64,000 nt of DNA from Massalongia carnosa (Eukaryota), in contig OZ287075.1 in NCBI GenBank assembly GCA_965645245.1, positions 248,001-312,000 on the forward strand, written 5' to 3'. Under the pieces are notes generated by a model. That model worked only from the letters and a program-made list of their open reading frames with translations. It made no database searches and was not told where the DNA came from. A program made the translations under genes and the position numbers. Position 1 is the stretch's first letter, and each line of letters begins with the position of its first letter. Shown here piece after piece: positions 1-12,868 of the stretch.

Positions 1-864
1 GGCTTCAAATGAATCCATTGGCTTCAAATGAATGCGTTCTGGGACATCAAGCTTTACAAGGCTATTAATATCAATGTTAGTCTTTAGTACTTACAATATC
101 TAGTTCAAATATTTTCTTTTCCCTTTCGCGACGAACTTGTCTCTCAATGAGTCTCAGGGATTGATAGTATGCTGCCAACTTCTTTAAGCGTCTTCCCAAT
201 TTAGGCGAGTACAATACACGGTCTTGAGAAGCTTATCCGACCTGGTGAACTCATAAACCTCCCACAGTATGCGGAGGTCATTCGGAAGTTCTGAGCTCTG
301 AGCAAACATATATGGCTTGATGCTATTATCCAGCCAGTGGTCAAGAAATTCAGGCCATGGTTTTTCCTTTGCACTCTCATGTAGATACCAACCTCTGAAC
401 CTGTCAATGGCCTCTCTAGTTGATTCGTCAGGGTCCTCAAGCTCAATCGAGTTCTTCCTGCGGTCTTTGACGGCTTGTTCTATTTTTATAGCTCTACTCA
501 TAATCTTTGGTCGACAGTTCTCTATAACCAAGTTGGCTAGCTCGGTCAACATGTTCTCTGAATTTAACTCATTGATAATAGCCATGAACTTGGCATAGTA
601 CGATTCCTCGCCTTTATTGTATACTCGATTCTTGACAAGATGAAAGATTGTTTTAATCTTCCCAGCAGCCGGGTTATTGGTCATTGTAACTGCAGCGGCA
701 TCTGAGCTGGCCTCTGTAACAAGAAGCAAAGCTATTCCATTAAGAAGTCCTAAATGTTTTCCCAAGGAGGGCACCAAACAAGGACTCCCGTCGACTGGAA
801 GGTTTACTTTGAGCGTGGCAAAAACATTAAGAAACTCGTGTAGGTTGATAGGAAGATTATTCAT
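1..864 (-). pseudogene. N-terminal part of an OTT_1508-like nucleic-acid deaminase family gene, frameshifted near 180-215 and running off the window start
   Basis: The 226-aa ORF has LLNGIALLLVTE..DAAAV...LVKN, which resembles the N-terminal motif of fungal OTT_1508-type deaminases. Around its stop, shifted frames read LGRRLK-LAAYYQSLRLIERQVRR, resembling the RLxKLxxY motif. The catalytic HxE/CxxC region is not in the window. Confidence 0.45.
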
Positions 865-2211
865 ATTAAGCAGGGTTATGGTAGGACAATAAAGCGAGCT
901 TGAAGGAATGGTTGAACGGGGAAGGTAATATATGAGTCAAAGGTGAGTAAGAAAGTTATCAGATATGTGTTGTGGGTTCTTGCCGCCTGTGAAGTGAAGT
1001 ATTCAGTATTCAGTAATTGTGATTCGTAAAGAAATGATGTAAATCACGTGGCTACTGGTAAGCTTAACTTCCAGAAAGCCCTCCCTACACAATCAGTTTT
1101 CGGTATCCCAAGATACCTAGGGCGATTTCTGCATCAGAAGATCGGTTTGGGGGGTCAGCAATTATTGATGGTTACTGCTATGTAAATTGATCCTTTCATT
1201 CTTTCGTTAACCCTTCCGCAATTCATCAACTCATCGTTGTCATTTGTATCTTACCATTATCTTCATATCCAACACATCGTACAAGAAAACCAAACTTCAA
1301 TGTAATTGCCTCCAGTGGGCTTCTCTTAAAGCGTCGTAATTCTATCTTTCTCCCGCACTGATCATATCGACAGGAACTACAAAAATGAGCTTTTTGGGCG
1401 CAGAAGCACAAAACTCTTCACACATCAACAGTTTCAACTTCCACCCTGAACTTTGGGGCTGCAACCACTGCTGTCACGTTACCTAATGAATGGTGACACC
1501 GAGGTGGATGAACGTGAAGATAACGTTGATACGGAGAAAACTAGGAAACGGAACAAAACGGTCCAGAGAAGATGATAGATCTGATCATGTTAATGGAATC
1601 GTTACTCGACTTTTGAGTGGTTGGACTCATTTGGAAGACTGAGAGATAAGCTGACGTAGGACTTATAAGCTCGTAGTGATTTAGTTGAACGAAATAAGGG
1701 GCTCAGCTGCGTAATGCGACGATATTTCTGGAGGTTGATGAAGATGTCCAAGTTAGTTGTCTAATTAGCATCATCAGAAGGTGGGGATTTCTTCAAGCCG
1801 CATGAACGGAATTGATAACCCGATGCGAATGATAAGATTTACGCCAGGAATCTCAACCGTTTGTCTGCCGCGGCTAAATATCATCTGAAACAACGCTAGG
1901 TATCGCTCCTCATGCCTTTAAAGACGGGAACGGAACGTTGAAACCTCGACGAGCAAGGGGCAATGACTGAATTGGTGACGAATCTCGGAAGTGATCCCAA
2001 GTCGGGAATTTACTTGACTTGAGCTTCTGCATGGAAGGCCATATTTAGTACTTAATCTCCAAGGTCGTTGATGCTTTGATAGTCCTTTGTGATCGATCAT
2101 TTGCCCTATCGATCCGATCTCACAATGAACCGTATCTCGTCCAAGCCCCTACCTCGCGAATAATCTGTATATGTATGCTGCTGTGCTCGATGCATGTAAG
2201 CGGATCACACA

Positions 2212-3540
2212 ATGTTTTTCGGTTTAAGTGCTTGCATCTTGACAGCATCCCAGTTCGCTTCTCTATCCTTCTGCGCACCCTTCCACGACCTCTTCCCTTC
2301 AATTCTTGGTGAAGGCCCTCCCGAGTCTAGGGCTCAACATCATTTTGTCCACCCGGGAGTTCTTGTCGATACTACACGCTTGAGTTCATCAAGTCCAAGG
2401 TTCATGCAAAGCTAGAACCATGGGATCAGGCTTACGAGTCCTTGCTTCATAGCAAGTTTGGAAGTTTGGACCGCAAGGTTTCTCCAAAGGCTTATGTCCA
2501 TTGTGGGTATTTTGACCATCCAAGCCGTGGATGCGGAGGATACTCTCTCAGCGTATGGTATCGCGTTGCTCTGGTATATAACCGGCAAAAAGGAATACGC
2601 TCACAATCCACTTCATCATGAATGCCTGGGCCAAGACCCTCAAATCTCATAGAGATAAAACGTTGGAATCCAGACGGGCTGAGCAGGATCATCTTGGGCC
2701 AGAGCTGGCGAGATCATCCGGTACACCAATGCCGGCTGGGCATCAGAGCAAGTGAAAGCGTTTGAGAGAATGCTTCGAAATATCTATCTTCCGTAGTGAT
2801 CAAGGGATCAAACTTTAATGGCAACTGGGAACTAGGTAGGTATTATCTCCCAGCCGAACAGCTCTTGGGAACTATAATCTAATCTTGTCAAATTTATGAT
2901 GGAAGCTGCTCAGGGCATACATAGCTGTATTCCTGAAGGATCGTGTCAGCTATGAAAAAGCGATGAAGCTATTCATAGGCAGGGTCCCGGCGTACATATA
3001 CCTTCGCTCTGATGGCCCTTACCCAAAAGTCGCTCCAGGGCATAAGATTAAGACGTGGCCCGAGATTGAAAAATCTGGGCATGGTCAAACCAAATTTTGG
3101 ATGGATGGCATTGCTCAGGAGACTTGCCGTGACTTCAGCCACCTGGGCTCTGGCATGTCCTCCATCGCCTATGTTGCCGAAACGTCGCGTATTCAAAGCA
3201 ATAACCTCAACTACGGCGAAGTCGGCGAGAGACTCCGCCACGGGCTAGAATCCCACTCCCATTATCAGCTCGATAAAACAACCCACCGGATTGACTTTGT
3301 AGTGGTCGTTTGACAAAAGGCCTAGGTCCTGGGTATAAACCCCACTCCATCCGATCGGTGAGGATGAGGAAAGTTCTAATGACCATCCGAAATAGTCACA
3401 GCGGCTACAACGCCCTGTCTATTCGCCTTGGACATCAAATGCCGAAAACTAGAACTTGGACGAAGGACAACCGACCCGCTTACACAAACTGGTTGGATCA
3501 GGGATTTGAGACCTTGACTCATTCAGAGGGTCATCTATAA
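2212..3540 (+). pseudogene. Disrupted secreted alginate lyase / chondroitin AC lyase-like gene
   Basis: Signal-peptide-like start MFFGLSACILTASQF. Fragments in different frames: HFVHPGVLVD, WARAGEIIRYTNAGW, NFNGNWEL (followed by a gtaggt donor at ~2836), VPAYIYLRSDG, GIAQETCRDFSH and GFETLTH. Several stops and frameshifts lie between them. Confidence 0.75.
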
Positions 3541-4480
3541 TCATGGATGAGAGTCCGCTATCTTCTTTCCATTCAAGCAGGGCAACCTTGATAATCTCAT
3601 TTGCAGGGGATATGAACCCAAGAAATATGCTCTCGGTGAAAGAATTCTCTACACAAGGGTTGGAGGAGTTTTCACCGCTTTGTTGATGGTTTTTTCCACT
3701 AAATGGCATTATGTAGTATTTAGATATCTCCAAGAAGGCTGGTAACTTTTGTCGCAGCTTTAGCACGATGAGCCGAGCCACTCTTGGTAAACGGTTCACG
3801 ATCCACAGTTTTTATTTCACACTTTTCCTGGCGGTGTGATGCAGCTGAAAACCAAAATCGGACGTTTTGATACCTAACGTGGAGCCAATTGACCCTTGTC
3901 AACATCTCATCATCCCATCCTCTCACGAAGACCTAGTAGTCAACGTGTGACTTCCCCGCATATTGCCCATCTCGCGTGCGAGCGCTACTGCACTGTGCAT
4001 CGACGATGAAAGCGGACAAACGGCAAAAGCCAGAACCAAGCTAAATGTGGAAGTTGGAATAACTTTATTCGTCGCTTCTTGGCTTTTGTTCATCATCCAC
4101 GCAAGCCCACATGTGTAATGGTCTGCGACGAACACAGAGCACCATTCGAGCTCTCCAAAAGGGAATCGCTTGATCATTAGATGGAGCTAACGACTCTCGT
4201 TATCTTCAGCGGTGAGCAAGTTTATCAGCAATGAGAAGCGCCCGCGTTTATGTGGCGTCCAGCATCAAGGTTACACGGTCAACGCTGCTCTCAGCTCTTC
4301 AGGAAATTTGGGTTTCGGATTGAATTCAAAAGACGCCAGGAATCTCAGTTGTCACCTGCTATTAAATCCTCACGGCAATTCCAATCCACCCAGTCCTAAA
4401 GTTCAGTATATCAAGCTGCAGCTGCTATTCATACACAACTCCTTTCCCTAAGCATCATCCCGGTTCGGCTCTCGTTCACC

Positions 4481-5686
4481 ATGGGCTTCCGTGGCCTCAT
4501 CCCAGCTTCGGCGCTCGCCGCCTTCTACGATAGCTCCAAACGCCAGTTGGTGCTTTTTGCCCAGGGCGAAGTGCAAGATGTTACTTACGGCATCCAATTC
4601 GATCGCCTTCCGTTGGCAGGCGGCCTCAAGTTCGAACTCGTAGGCTGGACCGGACCCTTGATCCCAGGAAAGAGAGAATACAACGTCGATAATAGATTTG
4701 ACATCATCCTTCCAAGCCACGCCGTACCCGAAGGAAATGTCATCATCGTCGACGCCAACCATCCCAAAGGAATTGTCATTAAAATCAGATTTGGGGGGGT
4801 GGGTCCACCTCAGTCTAGTTCGGCTCCAGTGCTTGACAAAGTCTCCGACCTCAAAGAAGCAGAAGTGGACCCCTCGGAGCCCAAGACTTTGCAAGGTGGA
4901 CATGACAAGATTAACGTGCTTTTTAGAGAAGCTTTTCAGATTAAGGCCGGAGCGGACGTGCCCAAGGAGGGCTCGGTCTCCATCAAGTTTGATCCCACCT
5001 TTCTTGACATCCAGAATGCCGGCATCAGCGATTCCAATCTAGTGTGGACGTTCAATTCACTACAGACCGGCAACACCCAAGTCATTGTTAGCACCAGAGG
5101 CGGCATCGCTCAGTTTGCCATAACCAAAACTTATGACGTCCGCGTTTTCGTTCTCGACGAGGAGGACGAGGATAGCTCGGCCACCGACAATGACAAAGGC
5201 GCAATTCTCAGCTATCTCGGTCGTGTCAACATCGCGGTTCGCATCGTAACGGCTGCATACCCGGATGCCGTCCTCGTTCTGGTTGACGCCAACTCGGTCC
5301 CGAAGGGCACTTATGTCAACAGTTCCAATAGGCTCCCCCAGCTTGTCGCCACCTTCAACAGCGGCAAAGGGCACGTGACGATCAGATCAACCGGGTGGGG
5401 GCCATGGGGCAAACCTACATATCGCCAGGGAAATTTCCTTGGTGTCGAGGTTATCAATATTCACGACATCCATCTTGAGGCCACGGATGCCGATAAACTG
5501 TTGGAGCAGGCCGGGTGGGGATCGGAATTTGATCGCCTGACTCTATCGCATCCACTCACCGGTCCGGATTCTCCGCTTCCTGGTAAACCCCAGGCCTACT
5601 ATACGTATCAGTTGAAAGATGGACATGAAGTCAGGGTCGGAACGGTTGATCATAAAGTTTACCCCCCGAATGAGAAGCAGAACTGA
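4481..5686 (+). CDS. Intronless 401-aa hypothetical protein, apparently three modules
   Basis: Long uninterrupted ORF with coding-like composition and a CACCATGG start context. Low-complexity or acidic linkers (PPQSSSAP, DEEDEDSS) separate three segments. Confidence 0.8.
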   Translation: MGFRGLIPASALAAFYDSSKRQLVLFAQGEVQDVTYGIQFDRLPLAGGLKFELVGWTGPLIPGKREYNVDNRFDIILPSHAVPEGNVIIVDANHPKGIVIKIRFGGVGPPQSSSAPVLDKVSDLKEAEVDPSEPKTLQGGHDKINVLFREAFQIKAGADVPKEGSVSIKFDPTFLDIQNAGISDSNLVWTFNSLQTGNTQVIVSTRGGIAQFAITKTYDVRVFVLDEEDEDSSATDNDKGAILSYLGRVNIAVRIVTAAYPDAVLVLVDANSVPKGTYVNSSNRLPQLVATFNSGKGHVTIRSTGWGPWGKPTYRQGNFLGVEVINIHDIHLEATDADKLLEQAGWGSEFDRLTLSHPLTGPDSPLPGKPQAYYTYQLKDGHEVRVGTVDHKVYPPNEKQN

Positions 5687-7295
5687 TGGCGATTGCGAAT
5701 GATGCGGATCGCAAGGCTGTCAAGGGAGAATGGCTCGGAATTTGCGCGATGGCTTTCCTTTGTTCTACGTGGATTACGAATGATAGTCTTTCTTTTGCTG
5801 AGCGTGTGTAGCCAGCTATTTCATCCTAGCAATCTCCATCGATTAGTTATCTTTGCTGGGGTTGAATCTAATCATCCAGAAGATCTAAATAATATCCCCG
5901 GACCAATACATACCTAAACGTTTCTCGTAAAGAAGCCTCTTTTCCCCATATTTAATCTATTCACGCATGTTACCGATACTACCAGTAATTCCCTCATGGA
6001 TCGCTCATGGTACTCCATGTTACACTGCTTGCGCGACTGCAACCCATAATCTTTGGCGGTCAAGGCGCTTTTCGAACTTATTTTCTCCGGCAGTCCTCGA
6101 AGTGACAACAGCCGGCTTGGCGCATTGTAACGTCGGATCGTGTGGGGAACGGATACGCTGTACAGAGTCGAGATTGCGCCTTTTTCGGTCTGACATCGGT
6201 CGAGCTGCTAAACCTGGAGATGTTCTTACTAATATGCGCAATCGTTTCTCATTCCGGAAGGGCCCGCATTATGCATTAGCGGGCTCGATCGTGATGATTT
6301 CTATTCGCCGTCTTGGAGATTTTGAGTACATTTAATGTCTCGAGGGGTACCACTGACGTCAATTATTGGACTCTCTCTGCGAGGAATGAATGCCCACCAG
6401 TAAAGTCCCAACTCGCTTCTCTTCTACCCGTCTCACTTCTCAGCTCTTTCGCTACACCATCCATAGTCATCCACTAGTCATCCACTAGGTGAAGACACCT
6501 TCGGAGAATGCTTCATCCGGTCCCGAGTTTTGGATCGCCAGTGCGCCAAAGGGCCGAGAAAGATACGAATTTGTACACTTGCCTTCAACTCCCCCCAACC
6601 GACGTTGAAGCAGTTTAACATGCCATGAAATCAGAAATCATTCGGGACAAGCTCACGAAATGGACCTGGAGAGATAGCGAGCTAACTAGCTTACACTCAC
6701 GCTCTGCCTTATCCCCACATTCGTCCTCCGAGGCACGACTTTTCCTTTCATTCAGTTTTCATGCTGCAGGCTCGGTGCTTTTCGACGGCTCACTTGCCAT
6801 TCTCACTGGAGAGAGGCGGCTGATCGTCTTTGTTGGCTGACATCATCTGATCGTCTTTGGGTCACAGCTTAGACAGATACCATCTGCGTGCAGATTAGAC
6901 GAGACCTCTTTGGGGTGCGTGGCGGCTGAGAGATGAATACGAGTCCTCCTCCTACAACTACCGGACCAATCGTATTTTCTCCCAAAGACCTCGTTCTCGG
7001 AAGCGCTTGAGGCTTATCGGCTTCTAGCTCGCATGGTCCGCATGTGAGTGGTGGGGGATCTCTGATTTCTTATCCACACGCATGGATGCCTATTACTCCG
7101 AAGTACAGCGACCACAGTCAAGTGCTCACGTGCTCAAGTGCCCAAGTGCTTAAGTTTCCTATGAAGAATATATACTGCGATCAATCTCTTGTTGGTAGGC
7201 TTGATTTGTCCCATCAGTAAATACTACTAGCCTCTACCATTATCTTTTTACTATCAACTCCGATTACAACTGGAGAGCATCCCGCTAAATTCTTC

Positions 7296-8292
7296 ATGAA
7301 GCTCATCCACTACCTCATTCTATTAAACAACTATACTTTTCTTGCCATGGCCAGCCCGAAGCCCGCTCGCGGCACCGAGTCTGGGGGCGGCATCGCCCCA
7401 TGGGCCGGCAGCGGCCCAGATCCACCTCCCCGCGACACGTCCAGAGTAGCTAATCCTTTCGCTTTGGCGGAAAGCTCCTCGGTGCCGTTGGGAACCATTA
7501 TAACTAGCTGCACCGTACCGGGAACCGTCGCGTTGACCTTTGACGACGGCCCCTATATCTATACCAACCAGGTCCTGGACCTGTTGCGAAACAACAACAT
7601 CCACGCCACCTTCTTCCTCAACGGCAACAACTGGCAGAGCATTCTCACTGACGACAGCAAAGCGCTGGTCCAGCGAATGGTTGCCGAAGGCCACCAGATC
7701 GGATCCCACACGTACGGTCCCCTTCTCCCCTTCCTCATTGCGTATCGCTTCTTAATCATGACGATATATCTGACAAGGTTTACACTGATCTTGGAAACAG
7801 CTGGGCTCACGCCGACCTTGCAACCCTCGACCATGACGGTATCGTAAACCAGATGAATCTCCTCGAATCCGCCCTGATGGGTATCATCGGCAAATATCCC
7901 ACCTACATGCGGCCGCCGTACTTCTCCACCAACGCGCTTGTCCTCCAGACGATGAGCGATCTCGGATACCACGTGATAACTGCTGACATCGACACTCTTG
8001 ATTGGCAAAACGATTCGGAAGGCGGGATCTCAACCAGCGTACAGCGCTTCAAGGACGGCCTCAGCGCCGGTGGCTCGATTGAGTTGAGCCACGATGTACA
8101 TCAGTGGACCGCGAACGTCCTTGTTCAGTCTATGATCGACGAAGTCCATAATCGCGGACTGAGAGGTATGACTGGCTACATTCTCCCATTCATCCCCTTA
8201 TAATGTAGAGTAACATAGCTGACAAACATGCAGCGGCTACTGTTGGAGAATGCCTTGGTGATCCGCAAGAACTGTGGTATCGAACCAGCTAA
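7296..8292 (+). CDS. Secreted chitin/polysaccharide deacetylase (CE4, NodB domain); exons 7296-7711, 7801-8165, 8234-8292
   Basis: All CE4 motifs are present: TFDDGP, HTWAH (formed across intron 7712-7800), RPPY, DTLDW, LSHD. The C-terminal TVGECLGD follows intron 8166-8233. The N-terminus is hydrophobic. Confidence 0.93.
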
Positions 8293-10134
8293 ATACCTTT
8301 GGTTGTATTTTTTTTAGCCCACATTTAGCTTTACGAGACATTTTCTCATCATTATACCGACTAGTTAAAGTCTCTCATTAAAGTTGTATAAACCCGACAT
8401 GTCTATTTACGATAACACTCTCTCTGTTTTCCGAGAACGATTCCATTTGCGGTTATTCAACTACGATAATTCCCACCAAGGTGCTTGCTGGCTGATTCAT
8501 CTTCTCTGTACTCTGTAACTGTCTAGTCTTGGTTTTATTATATACCTTTTTCGCGCATATTTAATGGTATAATTAATAAATCCAACCAAAGTCTTTTCTT
8601 CGGCCTCGACTTCTGAGCTTTACACTCCTAACCTGCCTTTGTCGCTTCGTCATGTTTGATTTCCAACCCCACAACCCGACATCAGGGGGATCCAAAGGAA
8701 GGGGCGCTAATTAGCGAGTCTTTGAAACCCCCCAAAGCTCGACTGCACAGAACGCCCCCGAGGAGCTGGTGTACAACAAATGTCTCATGCATGCAACTAG
8801 CGACGTCAAGGTAACTAAAATCAATCATTGCGTTTTCCTGGCTCGCCGTCTTCATATCTCCATATCTCCATACTATACCTCTATAAATCAATAGTAGATA
8901 GTTAGATGACTCTTCGCTAAAAGCGCATGTAGTGGTTTTCGAGGTTTTGTTTGAATTACTTGTTTTCTTCAATATCCTACATTCATACCTACAATTCATT
9001 TTTGTTTTCTCTCTCGCACATACAATCCCGCAACGGACGATGAAACTTCCCCACCCACCCCAGCCTAGCTCTCCTACCCCTTTCCCTTCTTCTTCCCCGT
9101 CCCCTTCTCCCCTCCTGTCCCAGTCCGAATCCCTCTTTTCCTACCTCCAAAATCGTCTCTTCTTTGTTTCCCCCCCCCCCCCCCCCTCCGGTGACGTTAG
9201 TTGGTCTCTTTCGTATCATTCGTCCATTAGTTCATCCGTTAATTTCTTGTTCCCGAAACAAACGCAGCGACGGTGGCGACTAGAGTGCAGGTTTTTCTTC
9301 CGTTCCATTTCATTTCCTCGGAAACTTTCGCAATCTAACTGCAGTATCTATCTGCAAAGCCGTCTTCACTTTTTTTTCGTTTCTTTTTCCCTTTATCAGC
9401 CGATGTGCGAACATGTGCGTGGGTAGTATGTTTGTATGTACTATTCCCCCGGGGCGAAGGGGGTGTCGGAAAGAAAAACACCAAAAAAACAATCTCCCAT
9501 TTGATTTCTTCTCCCTGGTCTCCTCTCTCCCTTATCAATCAGATCGTACCCCGTCATCATCAATCATCAGCCAGCAATCCCCGCCTGCCCTTTTTTTCGT
9601 CTTCTTCTTTTTCTTCTTGACAATGAACCCCCCTGGAAAAAGTCGGAAATCGAACCATTCAATCTCCACCACGATGCTCCTCGCGGTTATCAGATATCAG
9701 GTTGTCTTAAGAGTACACACAGAAGCCGCCTTGGGGTTCCTAGAGGGGGGAGTTCTTTTTAGTCGGTGGTCGGTCGGTGGGTTTCAGCTCCCGTGGGCAC
9801 ACCAATAAATTGGTTTAGTTACTGGGACTGGGATTCGGGATAGGTGGTATGGACCTAGATATCGGTGACTAAATCGGGGTTGCTGAGAGCAATGGCTAAG
9901 AGGGGTGGCTCACAAGGCGATGGCCAAAGTCATAGCTAAAATGATGAAGGAGTAAGAGGGATGAATTCTCACAAATCTTGAAACAAACACACATCAAAAA
10001 TCAGCTCCATTTAAACACAGATATCTATTCGAGGCATTACGGTTGTTTCGCCTCTCGAATGACGGTGAAGCGTTCCTACCTGTCCATAACATAGTTACTC
10101 AGTACGTCGACCTGGAAGAAGAATTCCGCGTAGG

Positions 10135-10137
<3 letters not shown>

Positions 10138-10167
<30 letters not shown>
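10138..10167. repeat. (TG)n microsatellite, with a short (TACA)n run nearby at ~10229-10248
   Basis: Direct reading of the sequence. Confidence 0.9.
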
Positions 10168-10169
<2 letters not shown>

Positions 10170-10562
10170 GGCGGGTTATTTAAATTAGGTACCTAAATAG
10201 TTCGTTGCGGTGGGGTGTGTTTGTATATGTACATACATACATACATACGGCTACATAACGTGGGCCTAGTAGGTATGTAAATTCGTTCAGGGTGAAGTTT
10301 ACTAGGAAGGGTAGAAATAAAGGACAGAGATTAAGATAGAAAACGAACACGAGGGAAGTTTTTAATAAAGGTGTTATAATTTATAGGCGCCTAAGAAGTA
10401 TGGGGGAGATCCCGAGGCCCTAGTGCCTACCCCCTGAAAGAGTGTGGAAGTTTGGAAACTTGATGTTATGAAATCCGTAGAACAAGCACGTTTCATCACT
10501 TTCCTGATCGTCATCATCCTTCAAGTCGGTGCGTTGCGCAACGTCCTCAATCGGAAAGCTTC

Positions 10563-12868
10563 TTAAATCAAAATCGAAACGGCCGTCGAGTTGGGATCCA
10601 TAACCATGTAAGGAATGCTGCCAGCGGTCATCTGTTCACTGTTATGAGCGAAAACGACGATCAACTCCCTCAAGTCTTGATAAAGTGTATTCGCAATTGC
10701 CTTGGTTTTCTGCTCATCACTTGAAGTCTTGTACTTGTAAAGTTTCCAGAGCGAGATTGCGTAGTTGATAAGATTGTTCTCCGCCGCCACACGGAAGCTC
10801 AGCAACCACGGCAGCTGCACTGCGAGAAGCCATTCGCGCTGGCGGTTCATGGGTAGTGACTTGACGAGGTCTTTCTCGGTGTAAGCCTGAAGCGCTGAAA
10901 GCGTCGTGGGTGGAGCGCTGCATAGGGCGGGCGGTTTTGCGATGACAAAGGCCATGTAAAAGTTCTGCAGGTAGTTGACGGCTGTGTGCTGAGGAGAGGC
11001 GATATGAATGCACATGGTAACCGCATCAATAAGCCCGTCAAGGGTGGTGATGGTGGGGAAGCTGGGTAGCTGGCCTGCAGTTTGGATTTCCTTGCACCAA
11101 TGTCTGATCTGATCATCTTTCGCCACCGCTTCGTCGGATGCGTACTCGATGGCAAGCATGGAAGCCACGAATTTTCGCAGAACCTTCCACATGAGATTCA
11201 TGTTTTTTGCGTAGGGGTAGTTTTTGAATTTAGTATCGTTAAGTTCCTCGAGCGGAAAGCCTCGACTGGGCAAATCGTTGGGTACGTATTGGCCAACAAA
11301 ATTAAAGGATCGGAAAGCGTGATCAAGAAAGCTGAATGGTTCCTGTCCTTCGAAGCCGACGAGTTCGAAGACGATGTTAGGAACCAAGCTCACGCGGGCA
11401 GCCGCATTGAGGGAGAGGGTTTTCAACCAGTGTGGCTCCAACAGGCGATAGACGGCATGGCGGTTGTCCATATGTCGATTAGTCGCAACGATGACGACCT
11501 CCTCGATCATGTGAGTTTTGACGAGATGAATGGCCAGTTCATGACAGATCCAGTCTGACACCTGAACACATGTCTTCGCATAACGCCATGGCCAATCCGT
11601 CTTCTCCGAATCGATCGAGTCCGAAGGATGTAACCGCTTGTTAAAGATAGTCACAGAATTATCCATGCTGCCCTTGTAGTCGACGACTATGGCTAGCGGA
11701 TGAAGTCTGCCATCTGAATGCAGCTGGAAGAGACTGACGGCGGCACATACCCATCGGTCCCCCCACGGGGCCTTAGTCATCATTACATGGTCCGCACTGG
11801 CTTTGATGGCATCGCGAAAATAGCTGCAATCTAGAATGTAAAATGATTTGGGGCCGGCGGAGTGGAAAAGATCCACCACTTTCTGATTTTTTTGTTTCCC
11901 TGCTATATCGATGAACTTTGCTAGCCACTCTTTAGATGCCAGTTTGATGGTAGACGGGTCTGTGCCGGTAAAGCGTTGCTGAGCAAACCTAGCGTCGGAA
12001 TACCAGTCGGGCAGATCTCCAATGTTTTCACCACCCATAATATCAGTTCCTGTTTTGCGATCCTCCTTGTTACGTGCTTCGATTTCAGCAACAGTGCTTC
12101 CCTTGTATGGCTCGCCCAGGATGCCAGCTTCTCTTCTCTGTCTTTCCCATTCGCTTAGGCCAATCTCATCGGACGGCAGGACCTTTTGTATGAGTACTCC
12201 AATTTGGCCGAGACCAAGAGCATCGAAGATTTTTGTCAGTTCGACTTGATCTTTCTCAGGAATTGTTGCAAGATGAGGCGGGTATCCGTCTTTCCCGTCC
12301 GACCATCTATAAATGGCTTGTCTTTCCTCGATTGAGAGTTGCCGAGGAAAGGTGGGTTCAATGGCAAGTACATCAAAGAAAGATGCATAACTGTGCACGC
12401 GAGTCAGCGTGCTCCGGTCCCATCGCGATTTGATGAATTCATTATTCGGCAGCAGAAAGACAAGAATAGAACGATGGGGGGGGTTGGTTTCGCCAAATGC
12501 CGTCTCGTCAGAAGAAGCATCTTGTGAAAGCATCTATATTTTGTGTTCTTGGACGTGAGGCGAAAGCAAGAAGTGAAATTTACATACCTGTTCTCAATAC
12601 GACTATATATCTCTGTTAGCGCTAACTGGGTTCCACCGTAAGTACCCTTTCTGATTTGAGCAATGGGAGTTTTGTGTTCGTTGGAGACCCCGCCATCAGT
12701 GATAACAGCCGATGAAGGAGTAATGGCCAGATCCAGAAGCTCCAACGAGAAAACCCCTTTGTCCCAGTGCTTGTGCGTAAAGTCGTTAACGTCAGCTGGA
12801 ACACCTTGCAGCAGCTGTTCTAGTGATGGATGTTCCAAGATCGAAGGCTGTGTGGCTATGGTGGCCAT
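10563..12868 (-). CDS. Lipoxygenase (iron-type ligand pattern); exons 12868-12588 and 12390-10563
   Basis: WYSDARFAQQ, WRYAK, HELAIHL, QHTAVN and the C-terminal AVSILI (terminal Ile ligand). Intron 12587-12391 (GTATGT...CACAG) joins IENS-YASFF in frame. Confidence 0.93.

Noticed and set aside
1918..2100. YGLPC motif suggesting a MULE remnant
   Set aside because: It is an isolated short motif, with no other transposase motifs or TIRs found.
8682..9808. Cluster of 60-164 aa ORFs
   Set aside because: They are products of low-complexity T/C- and A/G-rich DNA with no recognisable motifs.
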